Assembly: GCA_046759165.1 (NCBI GenBank)
Contig: JBHIBS010000025.1
Coordinates: 1 to 21,511 of the forward strand
DNA length: 21,511 bases
From: a bacterium
GTDB lineage: Bacteria > UBA6262 > WVXT01
Reading direction: 5' to 3'
Shown here: one piece after another, positions 1-9,834 of the stretch
Layout: the number at the start of each line of letters is the position of its first letter
How positions within the stretch are numbered: the stretch's first letter is position 1
Made by a program: the position numbers and the translations under genes
Notes under the pieces: generated by a model
What the model saw: the letters and a program-made list of their open reading frames with translations, nothing else
Database searches by the model: none
What the model was told of the DNA's origin: nothing

Positions 1-128
1 TCAAAGAACAAAATTTACATTTTTCTTGACTAGCCTTTTCATAGATGCCTACAAATCCCTTTCGGGAGGACTCCATTCACTGATTTAATTAATGTTAAGA
101 TATTTTGTGTCTTTTTATAATTCATAAT

Positions 129-1802
129 TTATTTGAGGATGGCTCCTGTATTTGCCGACTGGACTATGCGTGCATAACGACTCAGCCAGCCCTCTCTTAT
201 CTTGGGTAGGGGTGGTCTCCACTCTCCAACTTTCTCCTTCCATTTTACCTTACGCAATTTTATGTCCCTATCCTCCAGACGTACATTCAATCTTCTCTTG
301 GGGATATCGATTTGAATAATATCACCATCTTTAAGAACAGAAATTGGTCCACCAACTGCTGCTTCAGGAGAAATGTGTCCAATGCAGGGTCCCCGTGTAC
401 CACCTGAAAATCGACCGTCTGTCAGTAGTGCAACGTCCTTACCCATTCCCATACCCACAAGGGCTGCAGTTGGCGAGAGCATCTCTCTCATTCCTGGCCC
501 GCCCCTGGGACCCTCGTAACGAATCACGACGACTTCCCCTCTCTTAATCTTTCTACCTAAAATAGCTTTCATCGCCAGTTCTTCAGAATTGAATACTCTT
601 GCTTTGCCGGAAAAATTCATCATTTTGGATTGGACTGCGGACTGCTTTACAACACACCCCTCTGGAGCTAAGTTGCCAAACAGGATCGCAATGCCTCCCT
701 CTTTCTGGTAAGGATTCCTTTGCGAGCGAATTATTCTATTATCATAAACCCTACCTCGAGAGGCAATCTCTTTTACGCTCACTTCAGAGACAGTGGGATT
801 ATCTTTCAACCTATTTTTCAAAACAGACAATACTCCCGGTACTCCTCCAGCATATTCTAAATCCTCCATAAAATATTCTCCACCTGGCCTGATAGCGGTT
901 ATCTGGGGCGTAACTTTACTAATCTCATCAAATACCTTAAGGGGCAAATCTACTTTTGCTTCTCTGGCAACTGCAGGAAGATGTAACACAGTGTTGGTCG
1001 ACCCACCCAGAGCCATGTCAACTACAATAGCGTTACGAAAGGCAGCAGAAGTCATAATCTTTCGAGCAGAAATGTCCTGTTCTACAAGGCTCACCACCCT
1101 TTCTCCAGAAAGATAGGCAGTCCGGCTCTTTTTGGACGAACCTGCCAGCGAGGTCGCACAGCCCACAAGGGACACGCCCATTGCTTCAGTCAAACAGGCC
1201 ATCGTATTAGCAGTATATAGACCTTGGCAAGCTCCTTCACCAGGGCAGGCAGAGAGTGCCAGATTTTCCAGCTCTTCCTCTTTCATCTTACCAGCCTGGT
1301 ATCTCCCTACGGCTTCAAATGTGTCACGCACCAAGGAAAGGCGTTTTCGCTTATACATTCCAGAAACCATAGGCCCTGCTGTGACAACAATAGAAGGGAT
1401 ATCGACCCTCGCCGCAGCCATTAGCATTCCTGGAGTGATCTTATCACAGTTTGTCAAAAGGACCAAACCATCCAGTTGATGGGCCTGGGCGACGCTTTCA
1501 ATTACATCAGCAATCAATTCTCGCGAAGGCAAGGAATAGTGCATCCCTACATGTCCCATTGCTATTCCATCACAAATTGCGGGAACGCCAAATAGGAATG
1601 GAACCCCCCCTCCTGCACGCACGCCTTGTTCAATAGCCCTCTCCAAAGGGCGCATTCCCATATGGCCGGGAACTAAATCAGTAAAACTTGTGGCAACACC
1701 TATAAATGGCTTCTTGAGGTCCTCGGGACGTAAACCTAATGCGTAGAGTAATGCACGATTGGGAGTCCTTTCAACACCTTTTCTTACCTTATCGCTTCGC
1801 AT
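129..1802 (-). CDS. ilvD: Dihydroxy-acid dehydratase
   Basis: Motifs [65 protein letters not shown]. Start moved from GTG 1808 to ATG 1802 because GGAGG lies 5 nt upstream of that ATG. Confidence 0.96.
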   Translation of the reverse strand: MRSDKVRKGVERTPNRALLYALGLRPEDLKKPFIGVATSFTDLVPGHMGMRPLERAIEQGVRAGGGVPFLFGVPAICDGIAMGHVGMHYSLPSRELIADVIESVAQAHQLDGLVLLTNCDKITPGMLMAAARVDIPSIVVTAGPMVSGMYKRKRLSLVRDTFEAVGRYQAGKMKEEELENLALSACPGEGACQGLYTANTMACLTEAMGVSLVGCATSLAGSSKKSRTAYLSGERVVSLVEQDISARKIMTSAAFRNAIVVDMALGGSTNTVLHLPAVAREAKVDLPLKVFDEISKVTPQITAIRPGGEYFMEDLEYAGGVPGVLSVLKNRLKDNPTVSEVSVKEIASRGRVYDNRIIRSQRNPYQKEGGIAILFGNLAPEGCVVKQSAVQSKMMNFSGKARVFNSEELAMKAILGRKIKRGEVVVIRYEGPRGGPGMREMLSPTAALVGMGMGKDVALLTDGRFSGGTRGPCIGHISPEAAVGGPISVLKDGDIIQIDIPKRRLNVRLEDRDIKLRKVKWKEKVGEWRPPLPKIREGWLSRYARIVQSANTGAILK

Positions 1803-1837
1803 ATCCACCTCCCTTACAACCCGAATACCCTGAAGAG

Positions 1838-1907
1838 GTGCCCGGTAATTTTGCCAAGGTGGGCTATTCGCACACCTGAGCCACTCCTTCCCAATTTTCC
1901 CGGGCGC
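1838..1907. other. Long imperfect GC-rich hairpin between cimA and ilvD
   Basis: GTGCCCGG (1838-1845) pairs with CCGGGCGC (1900-1907); inner AAGGTGGGCT (1856-1865) pairs imperfectly with AGCCACTCCTT (1879-1889). No U-tract. Confidence 0.5.
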
Positions 1908-1916
1908 GGGCGGCCG

Positions 1917-3479
1917 TTACTCTTCCTTCAATAATTTATACTCTATGCTGTCAACCAGTGCCTGCCAGCTGGCTTCAATAATATTTTCTGAAACTCCGAC
2001 TGTCCCCCACTCATCTCTCTTATCTCTCGATTCAATCAAAACTCTCACTTTGGCTGCTGTCCCCTGAGTGGCATCGATTACTCTAACCTTGAAATCTGTG
2101 AGACTCATCGACTTTAACTCTGGATAAAATCTTTCCAGAGCTTTCCTGAGGGCATTATCCAGGGCATTGACCGGTCCATCACCTTCACTAGCGGTGTGTT
2201 CTTCCTTTCCCCTCACCATAACTTTTATAATTGCTTCCGATCTCAGTCTCCCTCTTTTGTCCTTTTCCACAATTACGCGAAATCCCTCCAGATCAAAAAA
2301 AGTCTTGTGTCTACCAATTGTCTTCTTCATTAGAAGCTCAAAAGACCCCTCTGCACCTTCGAACTGGTAACCCTGACTCTCCATCTGTTTAACTCTCTGG
2401 AGGAGCTTCTTTACTTCCTTGCTTTTCTTTCGAAAGTCAATCTTGAACTCCTTTGCTTTCGACAGAATGCTAGACCTTCCCGAGAGCTCTGATACAAGAA
2501 CTCTACGTCGATTGCCCACTCTTTCGGGAGCCACGTGTTCATAGGTCTTTGTCTGTCTGGCCACGGCACTGACGTGGACTCCTCCTTTATGGGCAAATGC
2601 GGAATTCCCTACATATGGTTGGTTGTCCTGAGGAATCATATTTGCTATTTCACTTACGTATCGCGAAACCTCAGTCAAGCTCCCCAATCTCTTATCGGAG
2701 ATGCAATTGATTCCCAGTTTTAATTTTAAATTGGGAATAATCGAACAGAGGTTCGCATTGCCACACCTCTCACCGTAGCCATTAATTGTTCCCTGGACTA
2801 AAACGCAACCAGCCTTAATTGCAATGACCGAATTGGCTACAGCCATTTCTGAATCGTTGTGAGTGTGAATTCCCAATGGAATTCTTATCTTTCTCTTTAC
2901 TTCCTTAACTATACTTTCCACCTGATAGGGCACCATCCCTCCATTGGTGTCACAGAGGGTAATATTGTTCGCCCCGGCCTTAGCTGCTTGCCTTAATGTT
3001 TCCATTGCATAGAAATGGTCATCAATATATCCATCAAAAAAATGTTCCGCATCATAAATAACTTCCAGCCCTTTCCATTTAAGATATTTTACTGAGTCGA
3101 AAATCATCTTGAGGTTCTCGCCTAGAGTGGTGCGAAGAGCGTATTTTACATGGAGTCCCCAGGTCTTGCCGACAATACAGGAGGCTTCAGGCCTTACCTT
3201 CAGAATAGCATTAAGATTGGGGTCCCTGGATACTTCTTTTCCCTTATAGCGCGTGCTGGCAAAAGCTACTATTTTTGCATTCCTTAAACGCAGCTTCGTC
3301 ACCCTCTTAAAGAAAAGGATATCCTTGGGATTGGAACCAGGCCATCCACCTTCAATATAATGGATGCCAAAATCATCCAGCATCTTTGCTATCTTCAATT
3401 TATCTTCTACAGAGAAGGAGATCCCCTCACTCTGTGCTCCATCTCTTAAAGTAGTATCATATATCAACACTTTTTTCAT
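1917..3479 (-). CDS. cimA: Citramalate synthase (LeuA/CimA DRE-TIM family)
   Basis: [72 protein letters not shown]; directly downstream of lysC, a common lysC-cimA arrangement. Confidence 0.9.
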   Translation of the reverse strand: MKKVLIYDTTLRDGAQSEGISFSVEDKLKIAKMLDDFGIHYIEGGWPGSNPKDILFFKRVTKLRLRNAKIVAFASTRYKGKEVSRDPNLNAILKVRPEASCIVGKTWGLHVKYALRTTLGENLKMIFDSVKYLKWKGLEVIYDAEHFFDGYIDDHFYAMETLRQAAKAGANNITLCDTNGGMVPYQVESIVKEVKRKIRIPLGIHTHNDSEMAVANSVIAIKAGCVLVQGTINGYGERCGNANLCSIIPNLKLKLGINCISDKRLGSLTEVSRYVSEIANMIPQDNQPYVGNSAFAHKGGVHVSAVARQTKTYEHVAPERVGNRRRVLVSELSGRSSILSKAKEFKIDFRKKSKEVKKLLQRVKQMESQGYQFEGAEGSFELLMKKTIGRHKTFFDLEGFRVIVEKDKRGRLRSEAIIKVMVRGKEEHTASEGDGPVNALDNALRKALERFYPELKSMSLTDFKVRVIDATQGTAAKVRVLIESRDKRDEWGTVGVSENIIEASWQALVDSIEYKLLKEE

Positions 3480-3490
3480 TTCTACCTCTC

Positions 3491-4726
3491 TTATCTCTCA
3501 CCTTTTCTGGCAGCTTTCGCCAAACCAAATTTTCTATGAATAGCCCTCACTGCCTTTTCCATATCTTTCTCTTTGATTACACAAGAAATCTTTATTTCCG
3601 AAGTAGAAATCATTTCAATATTTATGTTCTCCTCTGCAAGGGCAGAGAACATCTTAGAAGCTACACCCGAATGGCTTCTCATCCCCACCCCAACAATAGA
3701 CACCTTGGCTACCCCATCGCCATAGACAAGCCCCTTAGCACCTATTTCTCCCTTGACTTTATCCATTATATCTGAAGTTTTCTTTAGGTCTCCTCTATTA
3801 ACTGTAAAGGAGATATCATTTACCCCTCCTGCGGCAGAACTCTGAATAATCATGTCGACATTTACGTTCCCTGCCCCAAGCGCACCGAAAATTCTGGCGG
3901 CAATTCCGGGCCGGTCAGGAACATCAGTAATCGCCACTTTCACCAGATCCTTATCATAAGCTACTCCTCTTACCACTACCTCTTCCATCCTCGAAACTTC
4001 CTTCGTAATCACAGTCCCCTCCTCATCCTCGAAGCTGCTCCTGACATGAATATCCACATCAAATTTCTTAGCTACCTCAATAGACCTCGGGACCATCACC
4101 TGCGCACCGAGGCTGGCTAATTCCAGCATCTCCTCATAAGAAATTTTATCAATCTTTTTAGCATCAGGAACAATCCTGGGATCTGCACTATAGACGCCGG
4201 AAACGTCAGTATAAACTTCGCATTGGTCTGCTTTTAGCACTGAAGCTAAGGCTACGGCTGTCAAATCGGACCCACCCCTACCCAAAGTTGTAATATCCCT
4301 CTTGGCAGTTATCCCTTGAAAACCAGCAACAATAACAATTCTATCCTTACTTAACTCCCTTTCGATCTTTCTCGTATCTATCTTCTTGATCTTCGCACTA
4401 GTAAATGTCTCATCGGTAACAATCCCAACCTGTCCTCCGGTCAATGAGACCGCCTCCTCCCCAAGAGCATTGATTGCCATGGCCAAAAGAGCGATGGACA
4501 TCTGTTCGCCGGTAGCCAACAGCATATCCAATTCCCTATCAGTGGGAGAATGGCTAATCTGTTGAGCTGTTTCGACTAATTTATCAGTTGTATCGCCAGG
4601 CGCAGACACAACAATAACCACTTTATTTCCTCTCTTCTTTGTCTCAATTATGCGTCTGGCAACTCTCTTTATTCTTTCTGGTCCAGCAATAGATGTTCCA
4701 CCATACTTTTGTACAATGAGCGCCAT
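3491..4726 (-). CDS. lysC: Aspartate kinase (alpha/beta type, two ACT domains)
   Basis: [51 protein letters not shown] domains ([27 protein letters not shown]). Confidence 0.96.
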   Translation of the reverse strand: MALIVQKYGGTSIAGPERIKRVARRIIETKKRGNKVVIVVSAPGDTTDKLVETAQQISHSPTDRELDMLLATGEQMSIALLAMAINALGEEAVSLTGGQVGIVTDETFTSAKIKKIDTRKIERELSKDRIVIVAGFQGITAKRDITTLGRGGSDLTAVALASVLKADQCEVYTDVSGVYSADPRIVPDAKKIDKISYEEMLELASLGAQVMVPRSIEVAKKFDVDIHVRSSFEDEEGTVITKEVSRMEEVVVRGVAYDKDLVKVAITDVPDRPGIAARIFGALGAGNVNVDMIIQSSAAGGVNDISFTVNRGDLKKTSDIMDKVKGEIGAKGLVYGDGVAKVSIVGVGMRSHSGVASKMFSALAEENINIEMISTSEIKISCVIKEKDMEKAVRAIHRKFGLAKAARKGER

Positions 4727-4745
4727 TCTCTCTCCACAAACAAGA

Positions 4746-4960
4746 TAACCCCTTCGGGGTTACTTCCATAGGGGCTTCGCCCCTCTGGCGTTCCAAATGT
4801 CCACCAGACATTTACTTCTCTGTCCTCCGGGGCGCTCACAGTCTCGCGCCCGTCGCTAACACGGAGCTCCTTATTCGTCGCTCCAGCGACCCCTTGAGGG
4901 AAACCAGATTGTTTCCCTCAAACTCCCTAATCCGCATAGGAATTTTTCAAATTCCTATGC
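4746..4960. repeat. Cluster of short perfect hairpins filling the thrB-lysC spacer (REP-like)
   Basis: TAACCCC-TTC-GGGGTTA 4746-4762; AGGGGC-TTC-GCCCCT 4770-4784; AAATGTC-CACCA-GACATTT 4795-4813; TTGAGGGAAAC-CAGATT-GTTTCCCTCAA 4894-4921; GCATAGGAATTT-TTC-AAATTCCTATGC 4934-4960; plus the element at 4827-4892. Confidence 0.85.
4827..4892 (-). repeat. ~66-bp structured repeat, family B, copy 1
   Basis: Aligns with 21402-21468 and shares CCGGGG, TCACnnTCTC, CCCGTCGC, CTCCTTATTCGTC and GCGACCC; stems differ by compensatory changes. Confidence 0.85.
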
Positions 4961-4966
4961 TTAAGA

Positions 4967-5914
4967 TTAAACTATTTTTGTTCCCTCTCTGTCTATACCC
5001 AGAACTAAATATTTGCTCTCTATTTTATGTTTGGCAAATGCTTCCCGCATAGCTTCTCCGACCCTTTCAGCGAGGGAAGGTGTGGAGGATACGGTAAACG
5101 CAAGTATACTCGGTCCCGCTCCACTCAGGCTCACGCCCAAAGCTCCTGCTCTCAGTGCTTCTTCGAAGACTACCTCCATTCCCTTAACCAGCCTCTTCCT
5201 ATATGGTTGATGGAGCTTGTCTTCCATTGCCATTCCCAAAAGCTCATACCTTCTCCTAATTAGAGCAGATAAAAGCAGGGCTACTCGAGAAGAAGTAAAC
5301 ACTGCCTGTTCAAATTTTATAGTCTTGGGCAAGATTTTCCTTGCCCGGCTCGTCATTATCTGGAAATTGGGAATACAAACCACACAGGAGAGATTCTCAG
5401 GGGGATTTAATTTCACAATTTCTATTTCTCGCCCTTTTCTTCCTTTCGAGGAAGAGATGCAACAGACTACTAATCCTCCCACCATTGCTGCAGATACATT
5501 ATCTGCATGACCTTCTATTTCCGCTGCTAAGTCCACTATCTCTTCTCTACTCAATCTCTCTCCACAAAGTCTGTTTGCACTTACCAATCCTCCAATCCTT
5601 GCTGCAGCGCTACTGCCCAGCCCGCTGGCAAGAGGGATTCTGTTCTTAAGTTTAAGGTGTAAGCTACAGGAGGCGAGGTGAAACTTGTCGAATACGAGCT
5701 TGGCTGCTCGATACACAATGTTTCTTCTGTCTCTGGGCAAATTATCTTCTCCTTCGCCCACAATATCAATCTGTAATTTTTTTCCACTTTTTCCCCTTCC
5801 CACTTCCATCTCTACAGTATTGTAAAGTCGAAGTGCTAATGCCAAGACATCGAATCCCGGTCCTAAATTGGCAGTAGTAGCCGGAATTCTGACTTTCACT
5901 CTTTTCATACCCAT
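4967..5914 (-). CDS. thrB: Homoserine kinase (GHMP family)
   Basis: IPATTANLGPGFDVL, IPLASGLGSSAAA, EGHADN, EDKLHQPYR, SLSGAGPS. Start may be ATG 5914 or 5908. Confidence 0.96.
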   Translation of the reverse strand: MGMKRVKVRIPATTANLGPGFDVLALALRLYNTVEMEVGRGKSGKKLQIDIVGEGEDNLPRDRRNIVYRAAKLVFDKFHLASCSLHLKLKNRIPLASGLGSSAAARIGGLVSANRLCGERLSREEIVDLAAEIEGHADNVSAAMVGGLVVCCISSSKGRKGREIEIVKLNPPENLSCVVCIPNFQIMTSRARKILPKTIKFEQAVFTSSRVALLLSALIRRRYELLGMAMEDKLHQPYRKRLVKGMEVVFEEALRAGALGVSLSGAGPSILAFTVSSTPSLAERVGEAMREAFAKHKIESKYLVLGIDREGTKIV

Positions 5915-5929
5915 TTAGTATACCAGTAT

Positions 5930-6994
5930 TCACAATCTCATCAAGTTTACTACTGACTTCAAATCAGCTTCGACTACTCTTACTTTTCGGGCAACCTTAA
6001 TTGCTCTATCAGGATCCTTAAGTCCATGTCCTGTCAGAATACAAACTATAGTAGAAGGTCGCAAAAAGTATCCTTTCCGAACGTATTTTATAAGGCCGGC
6101 CACACTGGCAGCAGAAGCGGGTTCGACAAAAAGCCCTTCCAGAGAACTTAACGTCTTATATGCCTTAATAATCTCTTTATCAGTTACAGTATCAATCACA
6201 CCTTTAGATTCGTCTCGAGCCTCCTCGGCTCTCTTCCAAGAAGCAGGATTCCCAATTCTAATTGCTGTGGCGATAGTTCTTGGCCTCTTTATGGGATATC
6301 CTCGCACAATCGGCGCTGCTCCTTCAGCTTGAAATCCCATCATCCGGGGTAACCTCGTTTTACGCCTTCTCATTAAAGTGTTTCTGTATTCCTTATACCC
6401 TTTCCAGTAAGCAGTAATATTGCCTGCATTGCCTACTGGCATAAAATGATAATCAGGTGCATCTCCCAGTGAATCAACAATCTCAAAAGCTGCCGTCTTC
6501 TGACCTTCAATCCTGTGGGGATTAATTGAATTGACCAGGACAACCGGATACCTAACGCTGATTTCTCTTGCTAAATTCAAAGCATCGTCGAAGTTACCCT
6601 TAATCGCAACCACCTGAGCGCCATGAATCAGTGCCTGTGATAGCTTCCCCAAAGCCACTGCTCCCTCTGGAATCAGAACCGCACATTTTAGCTTCGCCTT
6701 TGCCGCATAGGCTGCTGCCGAAGCCGAAGTATTCCCAGTAGAAGCACAGATGACTGCACTGGCCCCTTCTTCCATAGCCTTGGACACAGCCACCGTCATC
6801 CCGCGGTCCTTAAACGAGCCGGTAGGATTTAGGCCCTCATATTTCAAATAGATCTTAGAGTCAACCCCCAGACTACGTCTCAGGTTTTCCGCTTCAATTA
6901 ACGGTGTATCGCCCTCCAAGAGAGTTACGATTGGAGTCTTCTCAGTAACCGGTAAGTAATTTTCATATCTTCTAATTACACCTTGATAAACCAC
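5930..6994 (-). CDS. thrC: Threonine synthase (PLP fold type II)
   Basis: EGLNPTGSFKDRGM, CASTGNTSASAAAY, NSINPHRIEGQKT, PVGNAGN, ATAIRIGNP, EPASAA, LTGHGLKD; GTG start. Confidence 0.96.
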   Translation of the reverse strand: MVYQGVIRRYENYLPVTEKTPIVTLLEGDTPLIEAENLRRSLGVDSKIYLKYEGLNPTGSFKDRGMTVAVSKAMEEGASAVICASTGNTSASAAAYAAKAKLKCAVLIPEGAVALGKLSQALIHGAQVVAIKGNFDDALNLAREISVRYPVVLVNSINPHRIEGQKTAAFEIVDSLGDAPDYHFMPVGNAGNITAYWKGYKEYRNTLMRRRKTRLPRMMGFQAEGAAPIVRGYPIKRPRTIATAIRIGNPASWKRAEEARDESKGVIDTVTDKEIIKAYKTLSSLEGLFVEPASAASVAGLIKYVRKGYFLRPSTIVCILTGHGLKDPDRAIKVARKVRVVEADLKSVVNLMRL

Positions 6995-7034
6995 TCAAAT
7001 TAACCCATTCAAGATATGGCCTGAGATAGGAAGT

Positions 7035-8351
7035 TTATGCTTTTTCCTCTATTCTAATAAATCTGCTCTTTCTCCTAACAACCTCAAGGTCATCTATCTC
7101 TCTCAAAGCTTTCCTGATGTCTTTCTCTCTTGCCCTGTGAGTTACCATTATAATCGGAACTTCTCTTGAGGAAGCGCTCTCCTTCTGGAAGACAGAGGCG
7201 ATCGAGACTCCATTTTTCCCCAGGATGCCCGATATCTTGGAGAGAACACCTGGGCGGTCAACAGCGGTAAACCTTATATAGTACTTCGTTTCTATTTCAT
7301 TAATATCAAGTAAGTTAAGCTTCTTTTTTGGGTCACACAATACATATGGCACGCGACCGGCTATGTTGTTATAAACATTCCTTGAAAGATAAATAATGTC
7401 GCTAACCACAGCAGAAGCGGCTGGCATCTGGCCAGCCCCTTTCCCATAAAACATCGTCTCTCCTACAGCATCTCCTGTAATATAAACGGCATTATATTCT
7501 TCATCTACCGAAGTCAGGAGATGCTCTTCAGGAATGAAGGTGGGATGCACACGCACATCTATCCCTCTATTTGTCACTTTTAGAATTGCTAACAATTTCA
7601 GAATATACCCAAACTCACTCCTACCATATCTTATATCTTCCTGAGCAATGTGCGTGATTCCTTCACAATAGACATCTTCCAAGTTAACCTGGGCGCCAAA
7701 GGCAATCGACCCCAAAATAGCAAGTTTGTTCAAAGTATCTATGCCTTCCAAGTCTAACGAAGGATCCGCTTCAACAAAACCTGCTTTCTTTGCCTGAGCT
7801 AAAGCACTCTTAAAGTCGACTTCGTTTTTAGACATCTTGGTTAAAATATAGTTGGTTGTCCCATTAAGGATACCCAAAATTGCTTTAATTTTATTAGCTG
7901 ATAGTCCCTCATTCAATGCCTGAATTACAGGAACTCCCGCACCCACACTCGCTTCGAAATAGACCAGTACTCTATGTTTTTGGGCTTGCGAAAATATTTT
8001 TGCCCAGTGCCTGGCCAAGAGTGCCTTGTTGGCTGTAACCACATGTTTTCCTCTCTCTATAGAGGCAAGTACTATCCTTCTTGCGGGTTCATACCCTCCA
8101 ATTAGTTCTACGACAATGTCTATCGCTGGATTGTTCAGGATTTGCTTAAAATCTTTAGCCAGAATACAATTTCCAATTTTCATCCCGCGGGCCAACCTGA
8201 GCCGATTTGGTTCCTTATCGCAGACAGCTCCTATGGAGACTTCTGTTCCCACCTTCTGTTTAATAATTGGACCATTCCTTTGCAGAAGCTCGATTACACC
8301 TGTGCCTACCGTGCCCAACCCGATAAGACCTAAGTTGACTCTCCTCTTCAT
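7035..8351 (-). CDS. hom: Homoserine dehydrogenase with C-terminal ACT domain
   Basis: GLGTVG, VVELIGG, HVVTANKA, FEASVGAGVP, GILNGTTNYILT, EADPSLDLEGID, YGKGAG, DRPGVLSKIS. Confidence 0.96.
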   Translation of the reverse strand: MKRRVNLGLIGLGTVGTGVIELLQRNGPIIKQKVGTEVSIGAVCDKEPNRLRLARGMKIGNCILAKDFKQILNNPAIDIVVELIGGYEPARRIVLASIERGKHVVTANKALLARHWAKIFSQAQKHRVLVYFEASVGAGVPVIQALNEGLSANKIKAILGILNGTTNYILTKMSKNEVDFKSALAQAKKAGFVEADPSLDLEGIDTLNKLAILGSIAFGAQVNLEDVYCEGITHIAQEDIRYGRSEFGYILKLLAILKVTNRGIDVRVHPTFIPEEHLLTSVDEEYNAVYITGDAVGETMFYGKGAGQMPAASAVVSDIIYLSRNVYNNIAGRVPYVLCDPKKKLNLLDINEIETKYYIRFTAVDRPGVLSKISGILGKNGVSIASVFQKESASSREVPIIMVTHRAREKDIRKALREIDDLEVVRRKSRFIRIEEKA

Positions 8352-8353
8352 CT

Positions 8354-9565
8354 CTACCCCCTCCGAGCACCACCGGTTGGCGGTGGACCTTCCCTCAAGA
8401 ACTTCTTCAGTCGCAATAAGGCATCGTGAAATCTATTATGGTGTGTAACCAATGCCATTCGCACAAAGCCTTCCCCATAACTACCAAAGCCAACCCCAGG
8501 AGCAACCGCTATTCCTGTTCTTTCTATTAACAGTTCTGCAAATTGGAGAGATGACATTCTTTCAAATTTCTCTGGCAACTTGGCCCAGAGGTACATAGTA
8601 GCTTTCGGTCTTTCCACTTCCCAGCCAATTCTATTCAGACCATCCACAAACTTGTCCCGCCTTCTCTTATATTCAGCCACCACAGCCTGCACGCATTTCT
8701 GAGAAGCACTCAAAGCCAAAACGCCTGCCAGCTGAATGGCAGTAAATACTCCATAATCAAGGTAACTCTTCAATTTCTCCAAAGGTCTCAAGACCTCTCT
8801 ATTACCCACACAGAATCCTAGCCTCCAGCCAGCCATATTGTAAGTCTTAGAAAAGGTGTGAAACTCCAATCCAACATCTTTTGCTCCGGGTGTCTGAAGG
8901 AATGAAGGGGGTTTATATCCATCAAATGTTATTTCGGAGTAGGCAAAGTCGTGGCAGACGATGATGTCATACTTCTTGGCAAAAGTCACCACCTCTTTGA
9001 AAAAAGAGAGATCTTCCACTACGGCTGTAGTAGGGTTGTTGGGATAGTTCAGAAACATCAGTTTTGCCCGCTTGGCAACTCTGGACGGAATCTTTTCCAG
9101 CTCTGGCAAATAATTCTTTTCAGGAAGAACGGGCATATCATAGACTTGTCCCTCCGCTAAAATCACGCCATTTCGGTGGATTGGATATGCCGGATTGGGC
9201 ACCAAAGCGAGGTCACCGGGGTTAAAATAAGCCATACACATATGCCCGATTCCCTCTTTGGAACCAATCAGAGCCAGAATTTCACTTTCAGGGTCTAATC
9301 TGACCTTGAACTTTTTCCAATACCAATCGGCAATCGTTTCTCTAAACTTGGGCATCCCTTTGGCCTGTGGATAACGATGGGTACGGGGATGATTTCTTAC
9401 CGTATCACAAAGCCTCTCTACGATATGGCTTGGGGTCTCCATATCCGGGTTACCCATGCCCAAATCGATAACATCCAGTTTCTTAGCGTAAGCCTCCTGC
9501 TTGAGGGCGTTTATTGCGCCAAAAAGATATGGAGGCAATTTGTTCAGTTTCTGAGCACAACGCAT
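8354..9565 (-). CDS. Class I/II PLP aminotransferase (AlaC / LL-diaminopimelate aminotransferase-like)
   Basis: LPPYLF, IDLGMGNPD, IGSKEG, NYPNNPT, HDFAY, FSKTYNMAGWRLG, SYLDYG. Position immediately upstream of hom matches the alaC-hom-thrC arrangement; substrate not determinable. Confidence 0.88.
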   Translation of the reverse strand: MRCAQKLNKLPPYLFGAINALKQEAYAKKLDVIDLGMGNPDMETPSHIVERLCDTVRNHPRTHRYPQAKGMPKFRETIADWYWKKFKVRLDPESEILALIGSKEGIGHMCMAYFNPGDLALVPNPAYPIHRNGVILAEGQVYDMPVLPEKNYLPELEKIPSRVAKRAKLMFLNYPNNPTTAVVEDLSFFKEVVTFAKKYDIIVCHDFAYSEITFDGYKPPSFLQTPGAKDVGLEFHTFSKTYNMAGWRLGFCVGNREVLRPLEKLKSYLDYGVFTAIQLAGVLALSASQKCVQAVVAEYKRRRDKFVDGLNRIGWEVERPKATMYLWAKLPEKFERMSSLQFAELLIERTGIAVAPGVGFGSYGEGFVRMALVTHHNRFHDALLRLKKFLREGPPPTGGARRG

Positions 9566-9662
9566 AGAAAGGTACCACTAATACAAACTTTGTTCGTCCG
9601 AGTTTTCAGACATCCCCACCAATGCCTTCTTTCCCGCCGCAAATTACGACCCACACCTACAA

Positions 9663-9811
9663 ACCTCGTTAGAAGGATTACCCCGTTTACAGATAAATCC
9701 CTTACGGAGTTTAGAAATCTTTGATTTCTAACGGGTTTTGAACAGATCTTTAACCCTGCCAATACCTTTCTTCTACACCACTCTATGAGGGACAGGGCCT
9801 TCTAACGGGGT
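9663..9811. repeat. Nested CGTTAGAA/TTCTAACG palindromic repeat cluster, family C
   Basis: ACCTCGTTAGAAGG (9663-9676) and CCTTCTAACGGGGT (9798-9811) are 13/14 inverted. They enclose a degenerate unit at 9680-9710 and TTAGAAATC-TTT-GATTTCTAA(CGGGT) at 9711-9736. Confidence 0.75.
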
Positions 9812-9834
9812 AAAAACAAACTGATGTTTCCACT

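Noticed and set aside
26-55. TTGACT ... TACAAA possible + strand promoter
   Set aside because: Weak -10 with 18-nt spacing, pointing antisense into ilvD; likely chance in AT-rich DNA.
1834-1907. AGAGGTGC (lysine-riboswitch-like start) and loose SRP-RNA-like CAGG..AGCC
   Set aside because: AGAGGTGC is on the antisense strand in too short a region; the SRP GNRA loop and conserved internal loop are absent.
4934-4960. Intrinsic terminator after thrB
   Set aside because: Perfect 12-bp stem but no U-tract on the - strand.
4727-4966. Lysine riboswitch or T-box upstream of lysC
   Set aside because: No conserved lysine riboswitch or T-box motifs on the sense strand; the region is independent hairpins, one of which recurs next to an unrelated gene.
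9544-9762. 72-aa ORF
   Set aside because: It is a translation of the family C palindromes, overlaps the aminotransferase start and has no recognisable domain.
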